DNA from: Hydrolagus colliei
Taxonomy: Eukaryota
Direction: 5' to 3'
Length of the DNA: 64,000 nucleotides
Assembly: GCA_035084275.1 (NCBI GenBank)
Contig: CM068742.1
Location: 44,826,001 to 44,890,000 of the forward strand
The position numbers and the translations under genes are program-made. Shown here piece by piece: positions 1 to 11,118 of the stretch. Each line of letters opens with the position of its first letter. Positions within the stretch are counted from its first letter, which is position 1. The notes under the pieces are model-generated. The model did no database searches and had not been told where the DNA came from. It worked only from the letters and a program-made list of their open reading frames with translations.

Positions 1-943
1 TTTTCGGGGTTTTCGTACTGTGCAGGCGGATTCGGAGTGCGCGCACAATCGGGTCCTATCTCCTCAGGAGGTGAATATCTTTCTCTCTCTGTGTTTCTCA
101 CTCTCTCCATCTCTATGTTTTTCTGTCTGTGTCTCTGTGTCTCTCTCACACCCCCCCCATCTCTATCTATCTGTATATTATCACATCCACCCCGTCTCTC
201 GCCACCCCCCCCTCCCGCCGTCCCTCTCCCTCCCCCTCCCCGCCGTCCCTCTCCCCCCGCACCCCCCTCAGCCGTCTCTCTCTCCCTCCACCCCCCCCCC
301 CCCCCCGCCGTCTGTCTCTCCCGCGCCCCCAACCGTCTCTCTCCCCCACTCACCGCCCCCAGCCGTCTCTCTCCTCCCCCAACCGTCTCTCTCCCCCACT
401 CACCCCCCCCAGCCTTCTCTCTCCCCCCCCACACCCCCCTGGCCGTCTCTCTTCCCCCCAAACCCCCAGCCTTCTCTCTCTCCCCCCCCACCCCCCCCCC
501 CCCACCCAGCCGTCTCTCTCCCCCCCACCCCCGCAGCCGTCTCTCTCCCACCCCACAGCCCCCCGGCCGTCTCTCTCCCCCACACCCCCCCTCCAGCCGT
601 CTTTCTCCCCACCCAACCGTCTCTCCCCCCCCCCCCCCCCAAGCCCCACAGCCATCTCTCTCCCGCCTCCAGCCATCTCTCTCCCCCTCACCACCACCCC
701 CCAGCCATCTCTCTCACCCTCCCACCCCACCCCCAGCCTTCTCTCCCCCCACCCCTTGCATTCCTGTATATTGTATTCTAGGACTATGAATACAATATGG
801 TGGCTTTGCACCTCGGTCTGTGCATTGTGTGTAGAGATGAGCATTCTGGGTCTTGTAGTTCAGTGTGCACGCATTCCGATTTTTTTACCTCGATATATCG
901 ATTTTTCGATATATCGCAGGGAAAATATAAAGCACACTCCCTA
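1..943. mobile_element. Non-autonomous hAT-type DNA transposon (left end outside window), inverted relative to the 33132-34110 copy
   Basis: Bases ~1-915 are the reverse complement of ~33220-34030 (shared TCCTCAGGAGGT.AATAT, minisatellite, GACTATGAATACAATATGG segments). CGATAT-rich subterminus; ends CCCTA at 943. Confidence 0.75.
185..756. repeat. C-rich/G-rich minisatellite (AGCCGTCTCTCTC + C runs) inside the element
   Basis: About 20 variable-length units; explains the spurious Pro/Gly-rich ORFs. Confidence 0.9.
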
Positions 944-1699
944 ATTTTTTTATAAACACAGTACAGTACTTATGTGTATCGCACCACACAACTGGTAAAT
1001 TGCATCCAGCTCCTTACTCTAGTTCTGATCTATTTCAAGTCTCATCCGTCCATTTCGCTGTATTCTACCATTATACAGTTATTCACATCAGTCTCAGACA
1101 AGGACTGGAGCTCATTTATACCATAGAATCCACTAAACGGCACCTCAATTTATTGTTAGTCAAACTGTAAACATAGATAACTGCAAGTATTCAGGAGTAT
1201 TTGCTGTGTAGATTATTTAAGAACAAAGATTTGGACGTAGGCATCATGTGACCCTTTAGTTTGCATGTAAATGGTAGTTATGGCAATAAAATACGATGAT
1301 ATCAGAGTTCAGGTGGCAAGCATTTATCTTCATTTCACATGTAACCAAGCAACATACTGCAGAGAAGGTTGCAATAGTCTTGAGGCAATTATTAATGAAA
1401 ACTATGACATTGGGATCTAAATAAGATTTGTAAGAGTAAATAAGTAAGTAGCAAAATCCAGCTGTAGAAATCTGTCTGTATGTCGCTCTTAGTTTCAACT
1501 TCCACAAAGTCAGGCTGTGAGTAGAGTTCCAAAGCAAATGGTCAATTTGCCTGCAGAAATGCTGGTTAGGACCAAAGAGAATGGGACAAGAGCAGGAATA
1601 TGTACAACTTACTCCCAGGACATCCTACAGGCCAAAAATAACCCTCAAACCAATGTACTGTATTTCCCTTCTGCCCCATCTGTGGTGTACTCCAATGGT

Positions 1700-2050
1700 T
1701 TTTCCTTGTCTATCTTCTTTTCCCTATTTAGATGCCCCCCTTCGGTGATGTCATCCACAGAAACATGGTCAATTTCCATATGTATGCGAATGACAGCCAA
1801 ATCTGCTTCTCTTCCTATTGATGCAACTACAGGTCCACTGATGTTCTGTCGGTTTGATTGTCAGATTGATTGTCAAGGCCTGGATAGGCGCCAAATTTCT
1901 GCAGCTAAATGTTGGCAAGACAAAAGCCATATTCTTGGGCTCTCATGAACATCCTCACTGTTGACTCTGACCTCCTCAATGTTCTTGGCCTGTCCCTCAG
2001 ACTTACCAAACCAATGCTTAGGGAGTTGAAGGCAGAACCTTGTGAATCCG
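1700..2050 (+). mobile_element. Degenerate L2 LINE RT fragment
   Basis: GGTCAATTTCCATATGTATGCGAATGACAGCCAA matches the VNFHMYADDTQ region of the L2 at 12650-12685, with indels. Confidence 0.6.
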
Positions 2051-2589
2051 ATATAAGCGTGCTACCAACTAAGCTAGGACAAAATTCAGCCAATAATTTA
2101 ATTATTAGACCTCATAAGATTCATTCAATCAAATGGCTTCAACAATATATTCCAATGTTATTACCTGTATACAGATTAACCGTTGCTATGAAATGTGATT
2201 TCTTTGTTAATATCATAAACATTCTCAAAACAGCAACTCAAATATAGGCCAATATCATAATAGTTACTGTGTAGTATTTAGCTACAGTCATTTTTATATC
2301 TTTGTAAACAGAAATAAGTAGGAGAAATTCTTGTTTGTCGAATGTTTGGCAACTTAAGACCGCCCCCTAGTGTTACATTAATAGTTTATTCATGTTCCAC
2401 CATGTTTGACATGCACAGGTTTCAATTGTTGAAATGTAACTGAATAATTCTGATGTTAATCTGGAGATGAACAGAACTTCTTTATCTACTCAGTTACTTC
2501 AGAGAACTGCAGGTTCATATAATAGTTATTCTGCTTCCACTTCAATGTATGTTTCAGGCTAATTTGATCATCTAATCATGATCAATGAT

Positions 2590-3130
2590 TGTAGAAACCT
2601 GAGTTCTTGTCAATGCTCAATAAACAAGCCAAAACGACTGCAAACCGCTAAATGCATTTCCATCTGATGACGTTTCCTCGGTTTGCCTCCTGCTATTTCA
2701 GATGGAAATAAGCTTTATTTTGTTCCTCCTACAATTCTCTGCAAGTTACAATGCACAGTACTGACAATGTATAGGATTTTCTCATCCATATTCACCTACA
2801 AGCTGAGCTGTACCCATTTCACATGAGATTACTTGCTGTTCTATTAAGTCCACTTAGTCCAAGGATGAGCCAAATGTTTGACAGGTTCTTCTAACAGGGA
2901 ATTTGCAGGAGGGAGTTTTATATTTTTCCTTTTTACATGGATTTTTAGATATAAATATATTAAAAATACTCTTCACGTGAAATTATTGCAACCTCAGTAA
3001 AATGCAAATACTGTGGGGATGTGGGTGTGGATGGGGGGAGGCTGGGGGGGTTCACATTTCTTTAAATCAGTATTGTCTAAAAATACACAGAAACCGTCAG
3101 AAAAACATCAAAGAAAGCTCTGAGACAGTA
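2590..3130. repeat. Copy 1 of an old local direct duplication (partner ~4910-5430)
   Basis: Shared blocks AGCTTTATTTTGTTC, CTCATCCATATTCACCTA, GCTGAGCTGTACCCATTTCACATGAGATTA, GGATGAGCCAAA, TTTGACAGGTTCTT. Confidence 0.85.
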
Positions 3131-4239
3131 AATGCTGCTTAAATGGGTGTGTCAAATCCAAATGTCGCGCTCAACCCTGATTTACTCTGTCTTTTGTACC
3201 ATAATAAATGAATAATTTGACTTCAGGAGCTCATGTAAAATGTCAGCAAATAGCCGAGTGCCCCTTCCTCTCACAGATAATTCTGATTAGTTATTTTAGC
3301 TCTTGGTCATGTACACAAAGGCAACAACAACTTGCATTTGGATAGTGCTCTTCACATAGGATAGCATCTTGGCGTACTGCACAGTGGCAGGGTTGGACTC
3401 TGAGCAAGTGCGAAGGGGAGGGGGAGGTGACCATTGGCAAGGTCGAGTAATAACATGTGAATCAATAGTTTTTATACTAAGAGATTAGATAAGGACTCTA
3501 AAGCTGCTTGGCAACATGATACATTAAGTTGATTGTTTGAAAATAAGTAAATGGAGAATAAGAACATATTCTCATCCATTAAGATTTGTTAGTTTACTGA
3601 CCTCAGAAAATTATTGCTAAGGGAGCTACTTCATTATGATCACCACAAATAACAATCATTGTGCTTTGAATGATTTCCCATCATAAAGACAGAGCCCAGA
3701 TATAACTATTTGAGTTATCTGCATAACATTAGATTCTATTGTCTGCCAAAGTTTAGCACTGTCCCAAGCATCTTTTCAAGATTGCATCAGCAATAAAACT
3801 AAATTTCAGTGAGGGAAAACATTATTGAAATAAAATGAAGATAGTTTGGCCTAAGCTATACTTATCACTTAAACCAGCAATCTTTTTCCTACATCTTTGC
3901 AATAGGAAAGTAATAGCAAGAAAGAAAAACAGCTAATTCTAGTGATTAGTGGAAATTGTCACCCAATCTTTAAGTTTGAGATCTACAACAATTTGCATTT
4001 ATCTAAATGAGATTTCCTACATTCACATCGATGGTGCTTTGGAGCGCTTAATAAGACATCATGTCATAAAACCAGATGGAATAACAAAAGGTCATTTATG
4101 CCCATGAACCCATTTATGCAAAAGGCAGTCCGCAGTATCATGAACTTCACTTCACCCACACAAAATTCTGTTTGACTTTTATAATCCCTGTTTCATAAAG
4201 TTTATCCAAATAAAATCTCTTCATCGATCATTATACCTT

Positions 4240-4670
4240 CCCTTTTGGCAAGCTCTGTGGGTTCAATCTCCAGCAGTACCCCCAATGCATACAGCAACAA
4301 CAACAAAAGTACATTTATAGAGCACCTTTCACATTGGGAGGGCGTCCCAGGGGCTGAACAGTCAGGGATCGGGAGTATGGGGAAGGGGCAGAGTAGGGGT
4401 GAGTGGGAGAGTAGTGAGGAGGGGAGACTGCTTTAATAGTCCTCAGTGCATGCTCTGAGGTCCCCAAATCTTGGTATTTGCCAACCTGCACCTAATATTT
4501 TCCACAATTGGGTCGGCATGTATTGGGGAAGGGAATGCACACTTCTTTCTAGATAATGAAACATCTCCATACATAGGTTGCATACAGGTACAAAACTCAG
4601 ACTAGTTTGGATACTCTTGAGTATGGCAACAGGTTTCCATGTTTGTCAGATGCCAAACTTACCTGCAAAA
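4240..4670. mobile_element. Fragment of an ancient unclassified interspersed repeat, split by an L2 3' tail (~4293-4435)
   Basis: Similar to 5860-6870 and, in reverse, to 29340-29890 and 58550-59365 (TTGCCAACCTGCACCTAATATT; TTTGGATACT; CTCCAGCAGTA). Confidence 0.55.
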
Positions 4671-4909
4671 ATATCTGCATTTTTGAATTCACAAAAATAA
4701 TACAGCAGTAGTAGAACACTGTATTCCATGATTTTTGTCTGCGCCTATTTCTATAACCTCCAATCTCAAACAGACACATGGTCAGTTTCTATTTGAATGA
4801 GTTTGAATGAGTGTCAATTGGTTTTGTTGGGTGTTGATATGCATTACTCAGTGGGAACAACAATATCTTCTAACATTCAATGTTGACTAATCTTCACCCT
4901 ATACACTCT

Positions 4910-5430
4910 GTGCAGAAAATCTAAGTCAAAGAACCTACTTAAATTTACATGCTCAATAAGCAAGGCAAAATGACACAGAATTAAATGACACAAAACATTG
5001 CATGAAATCAGAATGAACTGTCAAGGGTTCTCTAAACTCCAAAGCCACCATTTAATGAAGTTTCCCCTGCTTATCTTCACTACCATTTCACAAGGTAAAC
5101 AGCTTTATTTTGTTCATCCTGTAAATCCCCGGAAATTTACAAAGATTCAGCACAGTCCAGACAATGTAGGAAATCTCATCCATATTCACCTACGGGCTGA
5201 GCTGTACCCATTTCACATGAGATTATTTGCAGTTCCAGTAAGTCCATTTTGTCGAGGGATGAGCCAAAAGTTTGACAGGTTCTTTTAAGGGGATATTTGC
5301 AAGAGAGATTTTTATGTATTTCTCAAGCGGGTGGAAGCTTTTTTTTAAAAAAAATTGCTTCACATGCAAATATGACATCCCCTGAAAATACAAAAATCTT
5401 TGGAAAATTCTGTGAGACAGTCATATTTCT
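4910..5430. repeat. Copy 2 of the old local direct duplication
   Basis: See 2590-3130. Confidence 0.85.
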
Positions 5431-5859
5431 TTTAGGCAGCAATATTCATGGGTCTGTAGCCTTTATCCCTCTCAACACTTTAAAGATCTCGGATCATGGC
5501 CCCCTAAACCCTCGCAATCTTTGGTGCACAGCTTGTCCTTCTCGCAATCTCTCCAACACTAAATTAGCAGCTGGTCGTATGGAGAACAGGTAGGCACATG
5601 TTCAGGTTAACAATTGTTCTTTCTATCACAAGACACATAATTTTCCCAAGTTACACCACATTATCTTGCCCATATTAGTGCTTGAAATATTCTAACAGAT
5701 TACGTCGATGAAAATCCCCAAAAATATTTTCATTCCTTACTCACACCATTCTCAACTTGTATTTTCTACTGGTCTTTTAGCCACCATTCCCCTCACCCTC
5801 CTTAGCCTCCCACCCCAGCTGTTGTGATTGTTGTTGCACTGAAACTTTATTTACCTCCT

Positions 5860-6870
5860 GTGTTGGTGGGGAGTGGGGGTGAAGTGGGAGAAGTAAACAG
5901 GATCTACTTCGAGCTAAACTGGTTCCAAGGCGACATGTTTGGCAATGGAATATCGGTCGTGAGCCACCTCTTTGTGGTGGTCTCAGTAGTCATGCTCCTG
6001 AGCCAGGCAGGTCCACGGGATTCCAGGACATTGCTGATAATAGCACAGGCAGCCTATCTTATTGGAATGACAGACCACTCACTCTGGGCAGAGAGTGTTC
6101 CTGTTAACCCTGGAAGTTCCTGTTAACCCTGGAAGCTAAAGCTCTGTTGGCTAGGTGGTCTTAGTTGGACAAGCAGCAGAAAAGCTTGCCAAACAACAAT
6201 ATCATGGCAAGCTATGTGGTTTTAGACTCCAGCAGTATCCCAATGCACAGTCTGGTGTTCCCAAGGATTGTCTCTCGCTAACCTGTCCTGTATCTCTGTA
6301 GTCAGAGCACTTGCCTCATGAGCTAGAGACTAGGATTCAATTCCTGGCAGGGTGATACATTGTGCAACATTCCATATTCCACAAACCTCTGTTTACCTAG
6401 CAGCAAGTAGGAACCCGGTTGTTCATCGATTGGTGAATCGCGTTTCTGGGGATAATAGCTGCTACAAAAAAAAAGAATAGATTGGTTAATGGATATTACT
6501 CCATCCAGTACTGTTTGTGGGACACTGCTATATGCAATTGGCCACGACATTTCATCCACAAAATACAGTCAATTCAAGTGCTTTGAGACATCTTAAAGAC
6601 ATGATGAGGTGTTATATCAAATCCAAGGATTATTATTATTATGTTATAACCTGCATCTAATACTTTCTGAAATTAGATAAACAATTATTAGTTTATAATA
6701 AATTAAGAATAATTAATTCCTCCAGGGAGAGAATGTGCATTATATTCCAACAATCTATCTCTGGAGCCCCACGTGTAGATAGGAAGCATGGAAATCTGTT
6801 TGGTTTGGATACTTGTAAGCATAGTGATAGGTTTCCACATGTGTCAGACAACTCGCTAACTCCAAAAATG
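5860..6870. mobile_element. Ancient unclassified interspersed repeat, interrupted by a SINE at ~6290-6642
   Basis: Colinear reverse-complement similarity to 29340-29890 on both sides of the insertion. Confidence 0.55.
6290..6642 (+). mobile_element. tRNA-derived SINE with L2-like tail
   Basis: Degenerate A/B boxes (GTAGTCAGAGCAC...GGATTCAATTCC); tail ...TATATCAAATCCAAGGATTATTATTATT. Confidence 0.7.
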
Positions 6871-8449
6871 TACATGCATTTAGCTAAACTTTTCCCAACT
6901 TTATTGGCCAGCCAACCAACCACCATTTTTCTTCAATATTTCTTGATTTATGTCCACAATTAAAATATGGCTGCTATCTTTTCTCTCTCTTGCTCTTCTA
7001 CCTCCATTGCCTTTCAAGTACTGCACTATGTGGACATATCCCATCTAGTTATTTATTTTTGAATCTTCCACCACTCCAATCAGTTGCTGCTAATGACCAT
7101 TCCAGTAGTAATCTCTAATTTGGAAAGGAACTCAGATGCATCGCTTATCCCATTGGTTACTAGCAGGGACACACACATCAATATTCCATCGTGAAAACAA
7201 GTGGGTGATAGCTTTTAGAATCAAGTCAATTTATTTTTCTTTACAGGAGTGTGGGACAGAATACCATTTGTCCTAAATGTTTATTGCCGCAAATATATGT
7301 CAGTGGGAAGATTTCATTTGAACAGTTTTTAGTTTAGTTATAAATGTTGTCCAACCTTCTTATTTCTATGAATGTTTTAAAACATTTGCATTTTTAAACT
7401 TCCTTAATGAAGTGCTTAAACCAGCCTTTGATGTCAGTTTCCTGCGTCTTTTATGTTATGTATTTAATTTCCATTTTATATTCGCTCAACAAATTGATAT
7501 CCCCTTTCCTCCAATTCCTAGCTATTAGACTGCCTATTTTGTTGTCACAAGTTTTCACCGAAGCAGAAGATGAATGGACTATTTGCAAGACTCTCAGATC
7601 CTCCCATATTTTCATTGCTTTGCCTCCCCTTCAATTTTTATTTCTCATTGTAAATCTGACTAGAGTGGTTCCCAACATGCACTTATTCACTTCATGGCTG
7701 TCTGTAGGACATTGCTGAGAAAAATTAACTGCAATATTCAACCACAAGGTACACATTCACTCGACTTTACAGTAAATCATGTGAAGCACTTTGAGACATC
7801 CTCCTGATATGAAAGGTGCCATGCCAAATGTAACAATGATTATTATTATTCAGCCCTCTGTTAAGTGTTTTCCACTTTCTGAAGGATGGTGAATAGTATA
7901 CCCTGCACTTCCCAAACTCTAGAAATGTAGAGCAACATCTGATATTCCAGCTCCTTTTTACATCTCCTCACCTAACCACAATCAGTATGCCCTTTGCCTT
8001 CCCCTTGTGATGCCCTAGTATCCTATCCACTGAAAAGACCAAGTGATACTGCTTATCCTTGCTTCATTCCTCTTCTGATCATTTACCATTTGTAACTATT
8101 TCTACTGTCTTTGTTCCCTGTATTAATTCCTCCTCATCAATTCCAAACTTTTTACGGGAAATTTTTCATGTTTCCCACAGTTGATCATTTTCTCCGTACC
8201 TTTGAAGGATAGATATTTTTCTAACACCAGTTTCCAAATCATTTTTAAACCAAATTTCCTATCCGTGTTTCTTTCCTGCTTCTATAACCCAATGGGTCTC
8301 TCTTAATTCTCAATCTGTGTTCAGTCTTTCCAGCATATTTCTCTTATTTTCCCATAACAGCATCCAAAATGTTTATACATATTCTGTATTTCTAATATTG
8401 AATAGTTTCATTATGGAAGGGATTGGAGAGATGCTATATAGTACTCTGC

Positions 8450-8990
8450 TGGTCAGCCTTCCCAATTCCTCCCTCGATAGGCTGTAGATAATCCCGAACT
8501 CTGCAGCCCATGTCCTCTACCACTCCAAGCTTCGTGACCCCATCTCCCCCATCCTCGCCTGACTCTATTGGCTCCCTATCATCCAGAGGATTCAATTCAA
8601 GATCTTGGTCTTCACATTCAAAGCCTTCCATGGCCTTGCCCCACCCTACCTCTGTGACTTTCTAATCCCCTCCTTCCGCTCAGCAGGCTCAGGCCTGCTT
8701 CATGTCCCCTGACCCACCTGCCCCACCATTGGCGGGCAAGCCTCGGCCACTCCGCCCCCAACCTCGGGAACTCCATCTAGCAGTCCCTCCGCCTTGCCCC
8801 CTCCCTTGCCTCCTTCAAGACGCACCTCAAAACCCTCCTCTTCGACATCCCATCAGTCACCCCAAATCCCCCACTTTCCCTACCACCTCCCTGTCCCTGA
8901 CCCCAGCTGGGGTCTTAAACAATGACTATCCAGTGCTTTGGGACGTCCTCCTGATGTGAAAGGTGCTATAGAAGTGTAATTTTGTTGTTC
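8450..8990 (+). mobile_element. L2 LINE 3' fragment
   Basis: Matches 13075-13650; ends GGGACGTCCTCCTGATGTGAAAGGTGCTATAG...TTGTTGTT. Confidence 0.85.
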
Positions 8991-9109
8991 TTTGTGCAGT
9001 AGGGAATTGCTCCTCCAAGTGGAGCTTTCCTCTTGATTATTATGCCTGAGTTGCCAACCCTCCTCTAAAGAATTGGACTTAACTGGTTAGACTTTGATTA
9101 AGTTAAAAG

Positions 9110-9276
9110 ACCCTCTCTTTTAAAAGAGAATTAGATCTTTATTTAGGGAGAACAGGTCTGTTAGGTTATGGGGAGAGAGTTGGGCAGTGGGATTGAGTTG
9201 CTCTTTTCAAAGAGCCAGCACAGACTAGATAGGCCGAATGGCCTCCTCTTCTGCCGTAAAATTCTATGATTCTATG
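9110..9276 (+). mobile_element. CR1 3'-end fragment
   Basis: GGCCGAATGGCCTCCT...ATTCTATGATTCTATG tail, same as the CR1 3' end at ~25351-25510. Confidence 0.8.
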
Positions 9277-9642
9277 AAGTTGTCCAGAAAGGTTTAAAAT
9301 GGAACAAGACGTCAAGAGTCCAGAGTTCAAAAGTTCTACCTAATCGTCAATGATCCTTGCATTTGGTATTGCGCATATCACATCTTATTGACATCTCAAA
9401 GCACATCACAGAATATACTGGATATTTTGTGGGCAAATCCTTAGCCGTTAAAACAATTTTGTCATGAAAATTAAGAACAAAGAGGATTCAGTCTCGGAAT
9501 CCTGAACCAGATCATCCTAGCATTCCTGATATTGGGCTCCAACAGAAAGAATTTAACTACCACTAAACATTTTGTTGCAATACTTTGTATCTTTTTTCAA
9601 TTTGTTTTCTTCAGGAGGCAGAATTCTGCTGAAATATACCCA

Positions 9643-10735
9643 TAATAATAATAATCTTTGCATTTGATATGGCGCTTTTCACGTCTTCTGGACATCTCAA
9701 AGCGCTTCACAGAATATACTGTAAAATGAATTGCCTGTACAGGTACCCCACCCCAAAAGCGCCCTCGACAACCGCGAAACTCACGCATCCACAGTTTGCT
9801 ATATGTGACAACCCTTGCCAACCACTCAATGGTTATTGCCTAACCCTTGCTTATCCATGGCTTTTAACACTAACACTAGCGTTTAGCGCTAGGACCCAGT
9901 TGCATCAACCAGCTTCACACTAACATCTGGCACTAGGACCCAGTTGTGATGTCGCAATCAACCAGCGAGATATCGCTTCTCTCTTAAGATTAAGGTAAAT
10001 CTCCGTTGATTTCTCTCTCTCTCTCTCTGTGTCTGCAGATCCTGGCAGCCAATGCTCCCAAACATGTCACCCACCACACTACCTTCTGCACACACACCCC
10101 CCCCTTCCCTCCGTGTCACTCACCACACTACCTTCTGCACACTCCCCCACCCTCCGTGTCACCCACCACACCACCTTCTACACATCCCCCCACTTCGTGT
10201 CACCCACCACACTACCTTCTCAGTTGATTTCTCTCTGTGTCTGTGTGTAGATCAGTCAGTCAGTCAGTCAGACAGCCTCGGGGATTGCTGCAGATCATGG
10301 CAGCCAATGCGCCCAAACTTACTCCCCCTATCCCCATGTACATTATAACTATGCATGTGTTTTTTTTGTGTTTAATTCTACGAAACGCGAACTTACTCCC
10401 TCTATCCCCATGTTTCCCATAGGGCCCTGTATTTTCCAACCGTGGTTTTACCAACCACGGAGGTTTACAGGAACGTATCCCCCATGGTTGGGGAGTAGTA
10501 GTGAATTGACTGTATATTTGTGGGCGAAACATGGCAGTCAATTGCGCACAGCAGTATCCTACAAACAGTTGTGGATTGAAATGACCAATTTTATTATTGT
10601 GTGTTTTTTGGAGGGATTATTACTAGGTGTGTGGAGTAAGAAAACTTGCCCAAGGTTTCACCCTGACCTGCCTGGATTCAAACACAGGTCTCACGTTTGT
10701 AAGGCGAGTGCTCTAACCACTGAGCTACATGACTC
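9643..10735 (-). mobile_element. tRNA-derived SINE split by an insertion (tail 9643-9739, head 10500-10735)
   Basis: The two halves join into the same consensus as the intact copy at 16608-16912. Confidence 0.8.
9740..10498. mobile_element. Probable Tc1/mariner (Tigger/MER2-like) non-autonomous element with an internal tandem repeat
   Basis: Begins TA|CAGGTACCCC; far end GGAACGTATCCCCCATGGTTGGGGAGTAG resembles Tigger-type subtermini; four GTCAC(C/T)CACCACAC(T/C)ACCTTCT units at ~10065-10220. Confidence 0.5.
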
Positions 10736-11118
10736 CATGATGTGAAAGGAGCTATAGAAATGCAATGTTTTGTTGTTACTTAGTTTCAAAGCAAGGGTAT
10801 TTCTCCTGGTGTCCTGGCCAACAGTTCCCCCAAATGCAATTGATAATCACTTCATTGTTGTTTGTGGAATATTACCTCAAAGCACAGGGCTGTGTGTATT
10901 TGCCTGCAAAAACACAGAAGCCGTAATCTTTGCAGTATACCCTGTGAGGTGCTTTGAGTCATTCTCCTGACATGAAATGTACTATCAAATATAAATCTTT
11001 TTATATTATTATATACAGTATATTATTATTATTATGAATGTGACTTTCAATAGAAAATGCAAAGCAATTGTGTAACTAACTTTGTTTCTACATTAAACAT
11101 CTAACTCAGGATATTTGC

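Noticed and set aside
20-944. Pro-rich 250-270 aa ORFs (also 33206-34068)
   Set aside because: Open in all frames because the minisatellite lacks stop codons; they lie inside a non-autonomous transposon.
2656-2709. ATTTCCATCTGA...TCAGATGGAAAT hairpin containing CTGATGA (miRNA or hammerhead?)
   Set aside because: Stem only 12 bp, not kept in the duplicate at ~5050-5100, and no helix II/GAAA geometry.
4597-4779. CAG|GTAAGT splice-like site with a 60-aa ORF
   Set aside because: Overlaps the ancient repeat seen four times; no recognisable peptide.
10065-10220. Regular repeats with short spacers (CRISPR-like)
   Set aside because: Eukaryotic context, spacers are related C-rich sequence, no cas genes; a minisatellite within a TE.
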